From Bdellovibrionota bacterium (GTDB taxonomy: Bacteria; Bdellovibrionota_C; UBA2361; CALJRW01), in NCBI GenBank assembly GCA_041740355.1, contig JBGSMD010000009.1:89060-153059 (forward strand): a DNA stretch of 64,000 nt, in the 5' to 3' direction. This document shows, one piece after another, positions 19,236 through 29,638 of this stretch (positions are counted from its first letter, which is position 1; the number at the start of each line of letters is the position of its first letter). Under the pieces are notes generated by a model. The model did no database searches and was not told the origin of the DNA. It saw only the letters and a program-made list of their open reading frames with translations. Position numbers and translations under genes: made by a program.

Positions 19236-20444
19236 ATGATTAATCGAATAACCTCCCAAGTACTATTATCTTTACTGATCACAATACTAAGTGTTTTTAG
19301 TTGTTATGCAGACCTTCCAGAAAGTTGCCTCGGCGATTGCCCAGTTGAAAACCTATGTGGCAATCAACAAGTAGACCCAGGGGAAGAATGTGATTCAACC
19401 GAAGGCTGTAATTACAATTGCCAATATGCAGTCTGCGGAAACGGTATCGTGGAAGAAGGTTCTGGTGAGCAATGTGACAATGGAGAAACAGATTTAAATT
19501 GTTTAGATGAAGAATCTAATTGTAACTTTATGCAAAATCTTCGAATTCAAGGTGGTCAAGAGTTAGTCACCATTTGTAACGATAGTTGCTTACTTCAAAC
19601 CTGCGGAAATGAAATCATTGAGGGTGATGAACAATGTGATTTCGGTGATACAGAAGATGGAGATGGTTGTAGCGCCTCTTGTCGCCTTGAGGAATGCGGA
19701 AATGAAATCATTGAGGGTGATGAACAATGTGATTTCGGTGATACGGAAATTGGAGATGGTTGTAGCGCCTCCTGTCGCTTTGAGGAATGTGGCAATAGTA
19801 TCCTTGACCCTGGTGAGCAATGCGATGAGGGTAATCCATCTTCTAATGATGGCTGTAGCAATACCTGTATAATTGAAACTGAATGCGTTGGAAATAATTG
19901 TGGCCCCCAAGCTGAAGTATTTGATTGTCTTGATAAAGAAGGTCAGCTCAATAAGCTTGACCGATGTCAGGTCTGTGGCGGAGATGGTCAAAGTTGTCTA
20001 GCATGCGTGGAAAGCAGTAACGTAGAAGATCAACTAAGAATGGATGGAGCTTCAAAAAGAATGGCTGGACTAATAATTGGTCTAAATAAAAAATTACTAA
20101 AACTTGAGATCTCTAATCAATTAAAAAGAAACCTACTTAATTCTAATAATCAAGTTAAGGAACTTTACTTAACTAGTTGGACATTAGCTTGGTCACTGCC
20201 ACTTGTTACAAAAGCATGCAACACGGTGTTTTGTACAACAGCAGATCTTTCGCCCCTGGTAGTATTATACGCCGAGAAGCTGGCGGAAATAGAAGCTGAA
20301 GCTAGAAAATCGGCTCGAATCCTAAAACGCTTAACAGGCAATAAAAATTCAGCAAAACAATTTTTGGAGAAAATTACAGAACAGTATAATTCTGGAATTG
20401 AGACATCAGGTCTTGTGACTACATCAACAAGCGTTTGCTCATAA
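19236..20444 (+). CDS. Secreted Cys-rich repeat (DUF4215-like) protein with helical C-terminal domain
   Basis: Signal peptide from ATG 19236; CGN...EQCDxG...DGCS..C repeats; DRCQVCGGDGQSC motif. Confidence 0.85.
   Translation: MINRITSQVLLSLLITILSVFSCYADLPESCLGDCPVENLCGNQQVDPGEECDSTEGCNYNCQYAVCGNGIVEEGSGEQCDNGETDLNCLDEESNCNFMQNLRIQGGQELVTICNDSCLLQTCGNEIIEGDEQCDFGDTEDGDGCSASCRLEECGNEIIEGDEQCDFGDTEIGDGCSASCRFEECGNSILDPGEQCDEGNPSSNDGCSNTCIIETECVGNNCGPQAEVFDCLDKEGQLNKLDRCQVCGGDGQSCLACVESSNVEDQLRMDGASKRMAGLIIGLNKKLLKLEISNQLKRNLLNSNNQVKELYLTSWTLAWSLPLVTKACNTVFCTTADLSPLVVLYAEKLAEIEAEARKSARILKRLTGNKNSAKQFLEKITEQYNSGIETSGLVTTSTSVCS
19602..19787 (+). repeat. Near-identical 93-nt tandem duplication
   Basis: tgcggaaatgaaatcattgagggtgatgaacaatgtgatttcggtgatac... 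occurs twice. Confidence 0.9.
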
Positions 20445-20773
20445 TCCATAAGTTTACCTAGCTTGACAATAACGTATTGTAGTTATGACAAAAAGTTATT
20501 TCCGAATATTAAGATATTAGTTTTGTGATTTTTTTCCTAACTATATTCTTTATTCAGCCTCCGATGGATAGTAAGCCCCAAAAGTAATTACTTACTGTAA
20601 TTACCTTTGGGACCAATATAAATGGTGTGAAGCTTGATATAATCTTTGTAAAATCAATACAAACCGCAATTTCCTTACAATAACTTATATGCTAAAAATC
20701 AAAGCATATTAACTTAAGGGTAAACATTCTCTTCTTTGAAAGAACGGATACCTGTTTAACGGATAGATTGATC

Positions 20774-21949
20774 ATGAAAAGTATTGCCGATTTAAACCTC
20801 AAAGATAAAGTTGTCCTAGTTCGTGCGGACTTCAATGTTCCCCTCGATGCTGATTTAAAAGTTACTAATAATAAAAGAATTCGTGAATTCATCCCTACTC
20901 TAAAATTCATTCAAGAAAAAGGTGGTAAGCCAGTTCTTATGTCCCACCTTGGAAGACCTGATGGCAAAGCCTCTGCTAAGTATTCCTTAAAATCAATTAT
21001 TGCCGAACTAGAAAAGCTTTCTGGCGCAAAAGTTATCTTTTCTGAAGATTGTATTTCCGAAGGCAACCGAAGTCTTGCTACAAACTTAAAAGTTGGTGAG
21101 ATTTTACTTCTGGAAAACTTGCGCTTTCATGCTGCAGAGCAAGAAGGTTCTGAAGATTTCGCTAAAAAAATTGCAGCAATTGGCGATGTCTATATTAATG
21201 ACGCTTTTGGAACAGCTCACCGCGCCGATGCTTCGATGTTCGCAGTTGCTAAATTATCTCACGAAAGAGCTCCCGGCTTACTAATGCAAAAGGAACTAGA
21301 TTACTTTAATAAAGCCCTAGAAAACCCAGAACGTCCGCTATGTGTTGTCTTAGGAGGTGCAAAAGTATCCAGCAAACTTCCAGTTTTATTGAATCTAGCC
21401 TCAAAGGCCGATCATCTAATTATTGGTGGGGCAATGGCCAACACTTTCCTTGCAGAACAGGGCTTAGAAGTTGGAAAATCATTACATGAAAAAGAAATGT
21501 TTCCAGAAATTGTAAAACTTCAAGAGTTACTAAAAAAGAATTCCTGTAAACTACACTTGCCCGTAGATTTTCGCTTAGGAGAAGCTTTTGACAAACCGGG
21601 AAGTGGCCAAGTTGCTTTAGCTGATGCCTTACCTGCAAATCTTTCGGCACTTGATATTGGACCTAAATCCTCTGAGATTTTTGCTAAGGTTCTAAAAGAG
21701 TCCAAGACGATTGTTTGGAACGGCCCGATGGGAGCATTTGAAAATCCTGATTTTGCAGAGGGTACACTTGATTTAACTAAAGCAATCGCCGAGGCTTCAG
21801 GCTTAAGTGTAGTTGGTGGTGGTGATACTGTAGCAGCCGTTGAACAAATGGGACTCGAGTCTTCCTTTGATTTCTTATCAACTGGTGGTGGTGCATTTTT
21901 AACGTTAATGGAAGGTGTAGAGCTTCCAGGAATTGAAGCTTTAAAATAA
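20774..21949 (+). CDS. pgk: Phosphoglycerate kinase
   Basis: RADFNVP, SHLGRP, NDAFGTAHR, STGGGA. Confidence 0.97.
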   Translation: MKSIADLNLKDKVVLVRADFNVPLDADLKVTNNKRIREFIPTLKFIQEKGGKPVLMSHLGRPDGKASAKYSLKSIIAELEKLSGAKVIFSEDCISEGNRSLATNLKVGEILLLENLRFHAAEQEGSEDFAKKIAAIGDVYINDAFGTAHRADASMFAVAKLSHERAPGLLMQKELDYFNKALENPERPLCVVLGGAKVSSKLPVLLNLASKADHLIIGGAMANTFLAEQGLEVGKSLHEKEMFPEIVKLQELLKKNSCKLHLPVDFRLGEAFDKPGSGQVALADALPANLSALDIGPKSSEIFAKVLKESKTIVWNGPMGAFENPDFAEGTLDLTKAIAEASGLSVVGGGDTVAAVEQMGLESSFDFLSTGGGAFLTLMEGVELPGIEALK

Positions 21950-21958
21950 ATTAGAACT

Positions 21959-22609
21959 ATGGGAGGAATTCCTTTTTTTTCTTCCCTTTTTTCTCTAATT
22001 TATATTGCTGCCATAAATCCCATTTTATTATTTCCATTAATTGATCAAGCGGCAATTTATAATTTTATGTGGTTCTTTGCTGGACTACTACTTGGAGTTT
22101 GGATCGCTGGTATTTTAGTTAGAGGATATCTGTCAGTTTTCATTCATGAGTTAAAACATTCTGCTCTTTCTAATCTAGTGGGTAATAAATTTGTAGCCTT
22201 TAAAATTAGAAGAGCTCACGGCCACTTTAAGTATAAGTATACTAAAGATACCGCCAAGTTTAATGCAATTATTTCTTTAGCCCCATACTTCTTTCCAATT
22301 ATCACAATTCCAGGAATAGGCTTAGCTTTTGTTGCCGCTCAAACATCCCCTTTCCTTCCGTTGTTAGTTCTTGGTGTCTGTTTCGGTAGTGACTTATTAT
22401 TATCTTTTCGCGACATTGGTGAGCATCAGACGGACTTAACAGAAATTAGAGGTGGATATTATGTGGGACTGACCTACATCATCGCAATGAATATCGTAAT
22501 CAGTACACTGTTACTTGCTTGGATCCTTCAAGGCAAACAAGGCTTAAAGTTTTTAGCGTTTGAACATCTAAAAATATTTGGAATGATTACTGGTTTGAGT
22601 TGGGAGTAA
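21959..22609 (+). CDS. Membrane zinc metallopeptidase, M50-like
   Basis: HELKH (HExxH) next to a TM helix, SLAPYFFP, downstream SD. Confidence 0.65.
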   Translation: MGGIPFFSSLFSLIYIAAINPILLFPLIDQAAIYNFMWFFAGLLLGVWIAGILVRGYLSVFIHELKHSALSNLVGNKFVAFKIRRAHGHFKYKYTKDTAKFNAIISLAPYFFPIITIPGIGLAFVAAQTSPFLPLLVLGVCFGSDLLLSFRDIGEHQTDLTEIRGGYYVGLTYIIAMNIVISTLLLAWILQGKQGLKFLAFEHLKIFGMITGLSWE

Positions 22610-22624
22610 ACTAGTTATTTGCTG

Positions 22625-22655
22625 TCTGCTGAACTTCAATTTGAAGTTCAGCAGA
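22625..22655. terminator. Hairpin between convergent genes
   Basis: TCTGCTGAACTTCAA-T-TTGAAGTTCAGCAGA perfect inverted repeat. Confidence 0.7.
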
Positions 22656-22680
22656 GCTACTATTCTTTCATCGGTAAGAA

Positions 22681-23676
22681 TTAGTTTTTGACATCAGGCA
22701 CTTCAACTGGAGCTTTCTCCTCAGACTCTTCCTTCTTAGCTTCTTTTTCCTTTAAGATCTTATCTAAAGAAAATGCAGTTAAGGCATCAATCTCATACTT
22801 ACTTAACTCAAAGTAAAAAGGCTGACCACCTGTTTTAAGGAAAAACTTCTCTTCTTCCTTTTCTTCCACTTTAAATTTAATTGGACCCTTAATTAAGTAA
22901 TTTTGTTTAACACCCTTTAATGTTAAATCATAAGTAACAATCACTGGAGCCTTTTCCCAACCAGCGGGTACAGCTAATTTTGGCATTTGTGAATAGGACA
23001 TTTGAGTTAATTTATTAACGAAGGCTTCTAACTCTTTTCGATCAACTTGCTTGTCTTCAGGAACAGTGGCAAAACCTAAGATTCCATCGGATTGCTCTAA
23101 CAAGATATCTTCGAATTCAACTAAATCTAAATCCTTAGGAGTGATATTTAATAAAGATCCACTAAACCAACTATCCGGATTAGGAGTTAGTTCGGAGACT
23201 TGGTAATCAACGATATAAGTATTATCTGTACCATTTAAACGCGCATATAATTTTTTAAATGTTGGTGAACTTCCAAAGAAAAGCACTTCTTCTTTTCCGC
23301 CTGACAGAATGCTTAGCTTTTTCTCGTAACCATCAACACCAGTCTTTAATTTTTTTGCGGCACTTAAACTAGTAGCAATCGGGCTTGTCGTTTTTAATTC
23401 CTGTAAATCATTTATTAGTTGTTTAATCTTTCCTTCATCTGCTGGTATGTTTTCCGAAGCCGGCAAAATCCAACCATTTGTTGTTTTCTCTAATTCTAAG
23501 CTTTTATCAGGCTGCTCTATTTTAATTTTAGTTACAGCACTGGGATCAAACTTAATAAACTCGCTAGAGCTGGCATTAACTTGTAAAATTGCCGCACTTG
23601 GATTTTTAAATATAAGTATTCCGCCCTGTAAGACAAGAATGATTAATAAGACTTTTGTCAGTGGTAATTTAGTCAT
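22681..23676 (-). CDS. DUF4340 periplasmic protein associated with Gld-type ABC system
   Basis: N-terminal TM, W..P...PAD motif, operon context. Confidence 0.75.
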   Translation of the reverse strand: MTKLPLTKVLLIILVLQGGILIFKNPSAAILQVNASSSEFIKFDPSAVTKIKIEQPDKSLELEKTTNGWILPASENIPADEGKIKQLINDLQELKTTSPIATSLSAAKKLKTGVDGYEKKLSILSGGKEEVLFFGSSPTFKKLYARLNGTDNTYIVDYQVSELTPNPDSWFSGSLLNITPKDLDLVEFEDILLEQSDGILGFATVPEDKQVDRKELEAFVNKLTQMSYSQMPKLAVPAGWEKAPVIVTYDLTLKGVKQNYLIKGPIKFKVEEKEEEKFFLKTGGQPFYFELSKYEIDALTAFSLDKILKEKEAKKEESEEKAPVEVPDVKN

Positions 23677-26555
23677 TAGTTAGACTCCGATTGAAGATAA
23701 AATTTCTTTTGCCAAATGCTCTTATTTCGAGACTTAAGTTTTAAGCCAAAACCAATTACTAGTAGTAAGACTAAGGCATAAACATAATTCATATATTCCC
23801 AAAACATCTTTTGTTTATCAGTAATTGGTTCCAACGTTCTGGCAAAATTACTACGACCACGAATCTCAACTAGGGCGGGATCTTCTAAGGCAGTATCAAT
23901 CGTATTTTGTAGTAACGTTAAAGAATTTGTATACCGGGTACTTCCAGACATTGAGGACATCTGCAAAGTTTGATCCGCCACAAATTCATTGGATCCTAAA
24001 ATCACAATTCGCGATGAGGCCGGAGACTTTTCAATTAATGCTGAAAACTTATTAATTGGAGGTGCCGCAGGTTTTCCATCAACGGGAGGTGCCGCTGGCG
24101 CTTCTTTCAAGAAATCGAGTGGTTTACCCTTAAAGTAGGACTCAAAACTACCTTGAATTACTGCTCCAAGACTGTAGGACTTTAGTTCTCCGCTTTGTTC
24201 AAAACCAAAGTCTGGAAATCTCTGATAATCAGGGTTTGGATTAAACTTTTTTAATATCCAAGACTCTTCACTACTCTTTAAGAATTCGCTAACAACTCGG
24301 TCTTTATTTAATTCCGAATTAATTTCTAAAGCTGAAGGCCAGTTAAGAGTGACTTGAGAAATTCCACTAAGAAAAAGATTTCCTTTAGCTAATCCTTCCC
24401 CACGAACATCGACAAAAGGTGGATAATTATGCAGTTTAATTTCTTCGACAACATAACCCCCTACATCCCGTTTAACGGGAGCAGGAAAAGGTTCATTTCG
24501 AGTATCAAGCACAATACCGTCAATAAAACTTACGCCGTAAGATTTCAACCAATCTTCTAGTCCTGATTTTAAATCTTCCATCATGATTCCAGCTTGACTA
24601 GCCTGAGTTTGATGCGGTGAAGTGGAAAGAATAATTGTTCCACCGCGCATTAAAAAATTATCCAAATTAAACAAAGACTTTTGAGATAATTCCTTCGGGG
24701 CTAATAATAAAAGGAGATCAACTTCTTCTGAGACAGGAGACTCTAATTCAATATTCCTAATATTATGATTGGTCGATAAACTTTCATAAAGAAAATTGAA
24801 TTGTTTTCCAGTATCCTGCTGATAAGGATTTGTTGCTTGCTCCGCTTTTGGCAAAACTAATCCGACAGTTTTCAAAAAACCTGGAGTTAATCTTTTAAAT
24901 GCAGCATCAAGTGCTTTTTGTAAGCCTTCCGAGTTTAATGGATCAGGTAACCCAACATTAATTGGTAAGTCTGAATTTTCTAAAATCAAATAGAAATAAA
25001 ATTGATTCTGATCAAAAAGACTAGCAACCATTGGCTGTAATCCATACTTCTCTAAGATTTCCTTAGCTACCACTCCCCCATCAGCTAAGGGATCGATAAC
25101 TTGAAAATCAAACTTATCGGATGACTTTGCTTTAACTTCTGCTAGTTTCTCTAAGGTAATTGCTTTAAATCCTTCCAAGCCTTTTGGCAGCGTGTCTGAG
25201 ATATAAGCTTTCATCGTAACTTTCTCCTTCAGATTTGCAAAAACACTTTCCACATCCTGAAATCCGTAAAGTACTTTTTTAACGGCTCGACTTAAATCAT
25301 ATTCCAGATTTTTAAGTTTAACATCAACACTGGTGTCGCCTACTTGATTTACTTCAATTAGATTTCTAAAATTTAATGTTTCAAATTTATCCCCGTACTG
25401 AACAACTAAATCAAAATAAGCACTAACCAGAGAAGCCTGATAGCGATCACTTACTTGCAGGGGAACCGGTTTAACATTGAAGCGTCGTCCTACCTCTTCT
25501 TCTAACTCTGGATTATCTTTTGGGTCAATTAACTCGGCATTTACCTTGCCATTTCCAGCATTTTGGTAAGCTTCTAAAGTATCTTTAATTTGAGGAATCA
25601 AAGGCATTAATAAGGGATGAGTAGAATTACTAATATATGCTCTGATTAATAATGGTTCTCTAACTTGAGCTAAGAGCGTCTTGGTGGAATTAGAAAGAGT
25701 GTGAATATTTCCAGCAGTTAAATCAACGCGCACAGATCGTAAATCTTTAACCCAAAAATTTGCTACTAATAAATTAGCAATTAATAAAACGGTCGCTAAG
25801 CGAAAAGTAAAATTCTTAGTTTTAACTTTGTCGGACCATTTAACTTTAGTTAAAGCAAATACATTTAAAATCAGAAAGATAGCGGTAAGGCTAAGATAAT
25901 AATAAAGATCCTTAACCTCGACTACTCCCCTACTAATTGATTCAAAGTGATCACTAGTGCTAAGGACGGCTAGGAAATCGGAAACTGAAGTAGTCAGTAA
26001 TCCAGTAAAGCTTGTTTGACCAACTAGATAAAAGACTAAGCAAGTTAGGATACTAATAATTAAACTAACGATTTGATTCTCAGAACGAGAACTAACAAAT
26101 AAACCAATAGCAATATAGGCTCCTGCTAAGAAAAACGAGCCAAAATAAGCGCCAATTACTGGACCCCAATCAAGTTCACCTAGGTTTGCAACCATTAGTG
26201 GCAAGCTAAACGTCAAGACAAGTCCACATGCAACTAGTGCTAAACAAGCCAGAAATTTTCCAGCAACTAGCTCCCAAATATGAACTGGTGCAGTCAAAAG
26301 AAATTCTAATGTTCCCATTTTCTTTTCCTCACTCCACATCTTCATGGTGATTGCGGAAACTAGAAACAATAAAAGCAACGGCAAGGAATGAAATAAAGGT
26401 CGCAAGTCAGCAATGTTTCGAGCGAAAAACTTATCCACCCAAAAGAAATTATAAAGGGAGACCACAATAAAAGTGCCTAGAAAAATGTAAGCAATGGGCG
26501 AGGAGAAAAAAGAAAAGAATTCTTTTTGAGCAATTTTTAATACGCGACTGAACAT
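23676..26555 (-). CDS. Fused GldF-like ABC permease and GldG-like auxiliary protein
   Basis: KEFFSFFSSPIAY, WSEEKKMGTLEFLLT, DLT...HTLS..T, NLEYDLS. Confidence 0.85.
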   Translation of the reverse strand: MFSRVLKIAQKEFFSFFSSPIAYIFLGTFIVVSLYNFFWVDKFFARNIADLRPLFHSLPLLLLFLVSAITMKMWSEEKKMGTLEFLLTAPVHIWELVAGKFLACLALVACGLVLTFSLPLMVANLGELDWGPVIGAYFGSFFLAGAYIAIGLFVSSRSENQIVSLIISILTCLVFYLVGQTSFTGLLTTSVSDFLAVLSTSDHFESISRGVVEVKDLYYYLSLTAIFLILNVFALTKVKWSDKVKTKNFTFRLATVLLIANLLVANFWVKDLRSVRVDLTAGNIHTLSNSTKTLLAQVREPLLIRAYISNSTHPLLMPLIPQIKDTLEAYQNAGNGKVNAELIDPKDNPELEEEVGRRFNVKPVPLQVSDRYQASLVSAYFDLVVQYGDKFETLNFRNLIEVNQVGDTSVDVKLKNLEYDLSRAVKKVLYGFQDVESVFANLKEKVTMKAYISDTLPKGLEGFKAITLEKLAEVKAKSSDKFDFQVIDPLADGGVVAKEILEKYGLQPMVASLFDQNQFYFYLILENSDLPINVGLPDPLNSEGLQKALDAAFKRLTPGFLKTVGLVLPKAEQATNPYQQDTGKQFNFLYESLSTNHNIRNIELESPVSEEVDLLLLLAPKELSQKSLFNLDNFLMRGGTIILSTSPHQTQASQAGIMMEDLKSGLEDWLKSYGVSFIDGIVLDTRNEPFPAPVKRDVGGYVVEEIKLHNYPPFVDVRGEGLAKGNLFLSGISQVTLNWPSALEINSELNKDRVVSEFLKSSEESWILKKFNPNPDYQRFPDFGFEQSGELKSYSLGAVIQGSFESYFKGKPLDFLKEAPAAPPVDGKPAAPPINKFSALIEKSPASSRIVILGSNEFVADQTLQMSSMSGSTRYTNSLTLLQNTIDTALEDPALVEIRGRSNFARTLEPITDKQKMFWEYMNYVYALVLLLVIGFGLKLKSRNKSIWQKKFYLQSESN

Positions 26556-26566
26556 AGGAATATTTA

Positions 26567-27490
26567 TTAATTATGGTTTAAAGATCGAAAAACACTATCA
26601 AGACTTTGCTCTCTAGGAGTCAGTGTATACAGTCTCCATCCAGAGGAATGAACACGACTAGAAATATCAGCGAGTAGTGAATGATCTGTTCCCGACTGTG
26701 GACTTAATAAGTAACTGTAAATACCGCTTTCTTTGTTTAACAACCGGACACTTTGAATGCCAGACATTTTAGCAAACTGCGCTTCGACTTCTCGCTCGGA
26801 GCGATCCACACTTAAAATAATTCCACCTGAAGATTTAATTTCTTCCATTGTGGAGTCAAGCACCAATTTCCCTTGCTGGATAATTAAAACCCGATCACAC
26901 ACTGCTTCCACTTCCTGCATGATGTGCGTGGATAAGATTACAGTTGAGTCCACGGCTAAATCTTTAATCAAATGACGCATCTCCTGAATCTGTGAAGGAT
27001 CTAGTCCGTTAGTAGGTTCATCAAGAATTAAGATCTCAGGTTCATGGAGAATTGCTTGTGCTACACCAACACGCTGCTTGAAACCTTTGGATAAAGTTTC
27101 AATTTTGTTTAAGGCTTTAGATTGTAAATTAGTTCGCTTAATAGCTTTGGAGATTTTTGCGATCCGTTCTTCGGGTTTAATTCCTCGCAAGTCAGCTACA
27201 TATTCCAGATAATCAAGTATTGTCATTTCCGGATAAAGCGGAACATTCTCTGGAAGATATCCAATCATTGCTTGAATAGCGATTAAATCATCGGCAATAT
27301 CTAATCCTTTAATTGAAACTGAACCTGCACATTGCTCTAGGTAGCCAGTTAAAACCTTCATAATTGTTGTTTTTCCAGCACCATTATGCCCTAACAATCC
27401 CACAATTTCACCCTTCTTTATCTCAAAACTAACCTGATCGATCGCCGTAAATTCGCCATATCTGCGGACTAAATTATTAACTTTTATCAT
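26567..27490 (-). CDS. ABC transporter ATPase (GldA-like)
   Basis: GHNGAGKT, LSKGFKQRVG, DEPTNGLDP; likely start MIKVNN at 27490. Confidence 0.92.
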   Translation of the reverse strand: MIKVNNLVRRYGEFTAIDQVSFEIKKGEIVGLLGHNGAGKTTIMKVLTGYLEQCAGSVSIKGLDIADDLIAIQAMIGYLPENVPLYPEMTILDYLEYVADLRGIKPEERIAKISKAIKRTNLQSKALNKIETLSKGFKQRVGVAQAILHEPEILILDEPTNGLDPSQIQEMRHLIKDLAVDSTVILSTHIMQEVEAVCDRVLIIQQGKLVLDSTMEEIKSSGGIILSVDRSEREVEAQFAKMSGIQSVRLLNKESGIYSYLLSPQSGTDHSLLADISSRVHSSGWRLYTLTPREQSLDSVFRSLNHN

Positions 27491-27548
27491 GAGTTTGTAT
27501 TGTAATGAGTAGAACCAAGTGGATTTTATACAAATTGATAAAATCGGC

Positions 27549-27845
27549 AAGTCCGTCTTCGCTAAAGCTACGACGCGATAAATGCTTGCCCCGAGGTTCC
27601 TGAAATTTAATTGTTGTTTTAAGTGAGTTTAATAATTTACCCGAGGTCCCTGAGAACTTTAGAGCGACCCACAGACGCTAAAGTTTTGGTGGCTAAGGAT
27701 AAAGTTGTCCAAACAATCTGACTTCGCTAAAACTACGACGTAATCAAGTCCGCCGTCGCCAGAATCATTATAAACTGAGAATGAGCTATTAGGCTCTGGC
27801 GCGATGAAGAATATGTTTGCCCAAACAGTCCGTCTTCGCTTTGCA
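27549..27845. repeat. Cluster of degenerate REP-like palindromes
   Basis: GTCCGTCTTCGCTAAAGCTACGACGCG, CTTCGCTAAAACTACGACG, GTCCGCCGTCGCC...TGGCGCG, GTCCGTCTTCGCT; plus CCCGAGGT(T/C)CCTGA twice. Confidence 0.65.
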
Positions 27846-27881
27846 CAGTTTAAATAGAGAATTAACCAAGGAGCTGACTCC

Positions 27882-27983
27882 TTGACTTACTCCCCAAATA
27901 GGGTCATTTTATTGCTCTAGAACCTGCGAAAAAGTTCTTTTTTTGCCTAGTAATGCAATAGCAAAAGATTCTGTTTTTCGCAG
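27882..27983 (+). promoter_or_regulatory. Putative sigma70 promoter and long 5'-UTR hairpin of ilvC
   Basis: TTGACT-N17-CATTTT followed by CTGCGAAAAA...TTTTTCGCAG stem (27924-27983). Confidence 0.4.
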
Positions 27984-28015
27984 CTCTTGCTCTAATTTTA
28001 ACTATTAACTGAAAA

Positions 28016-29041
28016 ATGAACGCCAAAGTTTATACTGATTCTGAATGTAATTTAGACATTTTAAAAAATAAAACATGCGCTGTGATTGGCTTTGGATCTC
28101 AAGGTCATGCCCACGCTCTCAACCTAAAAGAAAGTGGAATAAAAGTTATTATCGGACTTTACACTGGAAGCAAGTCAATTGAATCTGCTAAGAATAAAGG
28201 CTTTGAAGTGATGACTACTGCTGAAGCTGTAAAACTAGCTGATGTAATTTTCGTAGCAACTCCTGATACTAAAATTGCCGCAATCTTTAATGCTGATATC
28301 AAGGAAAACTTAACTCCTGGTAAAACATTACTATTTAGCCATGGATTTGCTGTTCATTACAAAACAATTGAAATCCCAGCTAACGTCAACGTGATCATGG
28401 TAGCTCCAAAAGGACCAGGACATATCGTTCGTCGTCAGTATGTAAATGGTCAAGGTATCCCTGCTCTGATAGCTGTTGAACAAAATGCAACTGGTGATGC
28501 TAAAGAAATTGCATTGTCATGGGCGAAAGGAATTGGCTGCTCTCGCGCTGGTGTAATTGAAACAACTTTTAAAGAAGAAACAGAAACAGATCTTTTTGGT
28601 GAACAAGCAGTACTTTGTGGTGGAGCATCAGCTCTAGTACAAGCTGGATTTGATACTCTTGTTGAAGCTGGATACCAACCAGAGATGGCTTACTTTGAAT
28701 GTCTTCATGAATTAAAATTAATTGTTGATTTGATGTATGAGTCTGGAATTTCTGGAATGCGTTTTTCTATTTCGGACACTGCCAAATATGGTGATGTAAC
28801 AGTGGGTCCAAAAATTGTAACTGCTGAAACTAAGAAGGCTATGAAAGCAGTACTAACTCGTATCCAAAATGGTGAATTCGCCAAAGAATGGATTGAAGAA
28901 AACAACACTGGTTGTAAAAACTTTAATGCCCTACTTGCTGCTGGTGAAGAGCATCCAATTGAGGCTGTTGGACAGAAATTACGCCCTTTAATGCCATGGT
29001 TTGAGAAGAAAAACCTTAAAGGTAGCCAAGCTGATTACTAA
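28016..29041 (+). CDS. ilvC: Ketol-acid reductoisomerase
   Basis: [33 protein letters not shown]. Confidence 0.97.
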   Translation: MNAKVYTDSECNLDILKNKTCAVIGFGSQGHAHALNLKESGIKVIIGLYTGSKSIESAKNKGFEVMTTAEAVKLADVIFVATPDTKIAAIFNADIKENLTPGKTLLFSHGFAVHYKTIEIPANVNVIMVAPKGPGHIVRRQYVNGQGIPALIAVEQNATGDAKEIALSWAKGIGCSRAGVIETTFKEETETDLFGEQAVLCGGASALVQAGFDTLVEAGYQPEMAYFECLHELKLIVDLMYESGISGMRFSISDTAKYGDVTVGPKIVTAETKKAMKAVLTRIQNGEFAKEWIEENNTGCKNFNALLAAGEEHPIEAVGQKLRPLMPWFEKKNLKGSQADY

Positions 29042-29069
29042 TTGTAAACTCAGTTAATTATTACAAAAC

Positions 29070-29100
29070 AAAAAAACAGGCTAAATGGCCTGTTTTTTTT
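29070..29100 (+). terminator. Rho-independent terminator (bidirectional shape)
   Basis: AAAAAAACAGGC-TAAATG-GCCTGTTTTTTTT. Confidence 0.85.
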
Positions 29101-29288
29101 GTTCAAATTTAGCTAATAAATATTGATTTCTTCAAAATCAATGTTTAAACACTAAAGCCCGAGCCTAAAAAAACAATTTCCTTAACGTAAATCTTTTTTG
29201 GCCTCTCTATACTTGTAAGCTACTAAAAAACTTACTATTTTGTATAAAAAGTTGCTTAGCTTGAAGAAATATATATATTTTCTGCCAC

Positions 29289-29603
29289 ATGTACCCCTGC
29301 AATCCGGATAATATTAGAAACTACCTACTGGCGAATGCAGTCCTAAAAAGACCTACACCACAAGATGAAATTACGAAGTGTGGTAAAATTATAAGAGTAA
29401 AAACAAGTGAAGTAGATTTTAAATTAAAACCACTTCGATATCGCCAAGTTTCATTGGAAGTGCGAATGGCACCCGCAACTGCACTATCTAGTCCGGAGAT
29501 CTTAAACCGAATATTAATAGCAACGATCTTAAGCCTAGCAAAAAAGTCTGGCCTCCAAGTCGAAAGCTCTAGACCAAAATTTAAACCAAAAAAGAAAAAA
29601 TAA
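29289..29603 (+). CDS. Small basic hypothetical protein
   Basis: 104-aa ATG ORF filling an otherwise empty gap; no family recognised. Confidence 0.55.
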   Translation: MYPCNPDNIRNYLLANAVLKRPTPQDEITKCGKIIRVKTSEVDFKLKPLRYRQVSLEVRMAPATALSSPEILNRILIATILSLAKKSGLQVESSRPKFKPKKKK

Positions 29604-29638
29604 AAAAGACGACAAAAAATAAAGAATAGTAATTTATT

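Noticed and set aside
19590-19991. Overlapping alternative-frame repeat ORFs (19590-19991, 19595-19861, 19609-19872)
   Set aside because: Shadows of the 93-nt duplication inside the Cys-rich gene
29570-29603. C-terminal RPKFKPKKKK as a nuclear localisation signal of an effector
   Set aside because: Lys runs arise easily from A-rich sequence in an AT-rich genome; no other support
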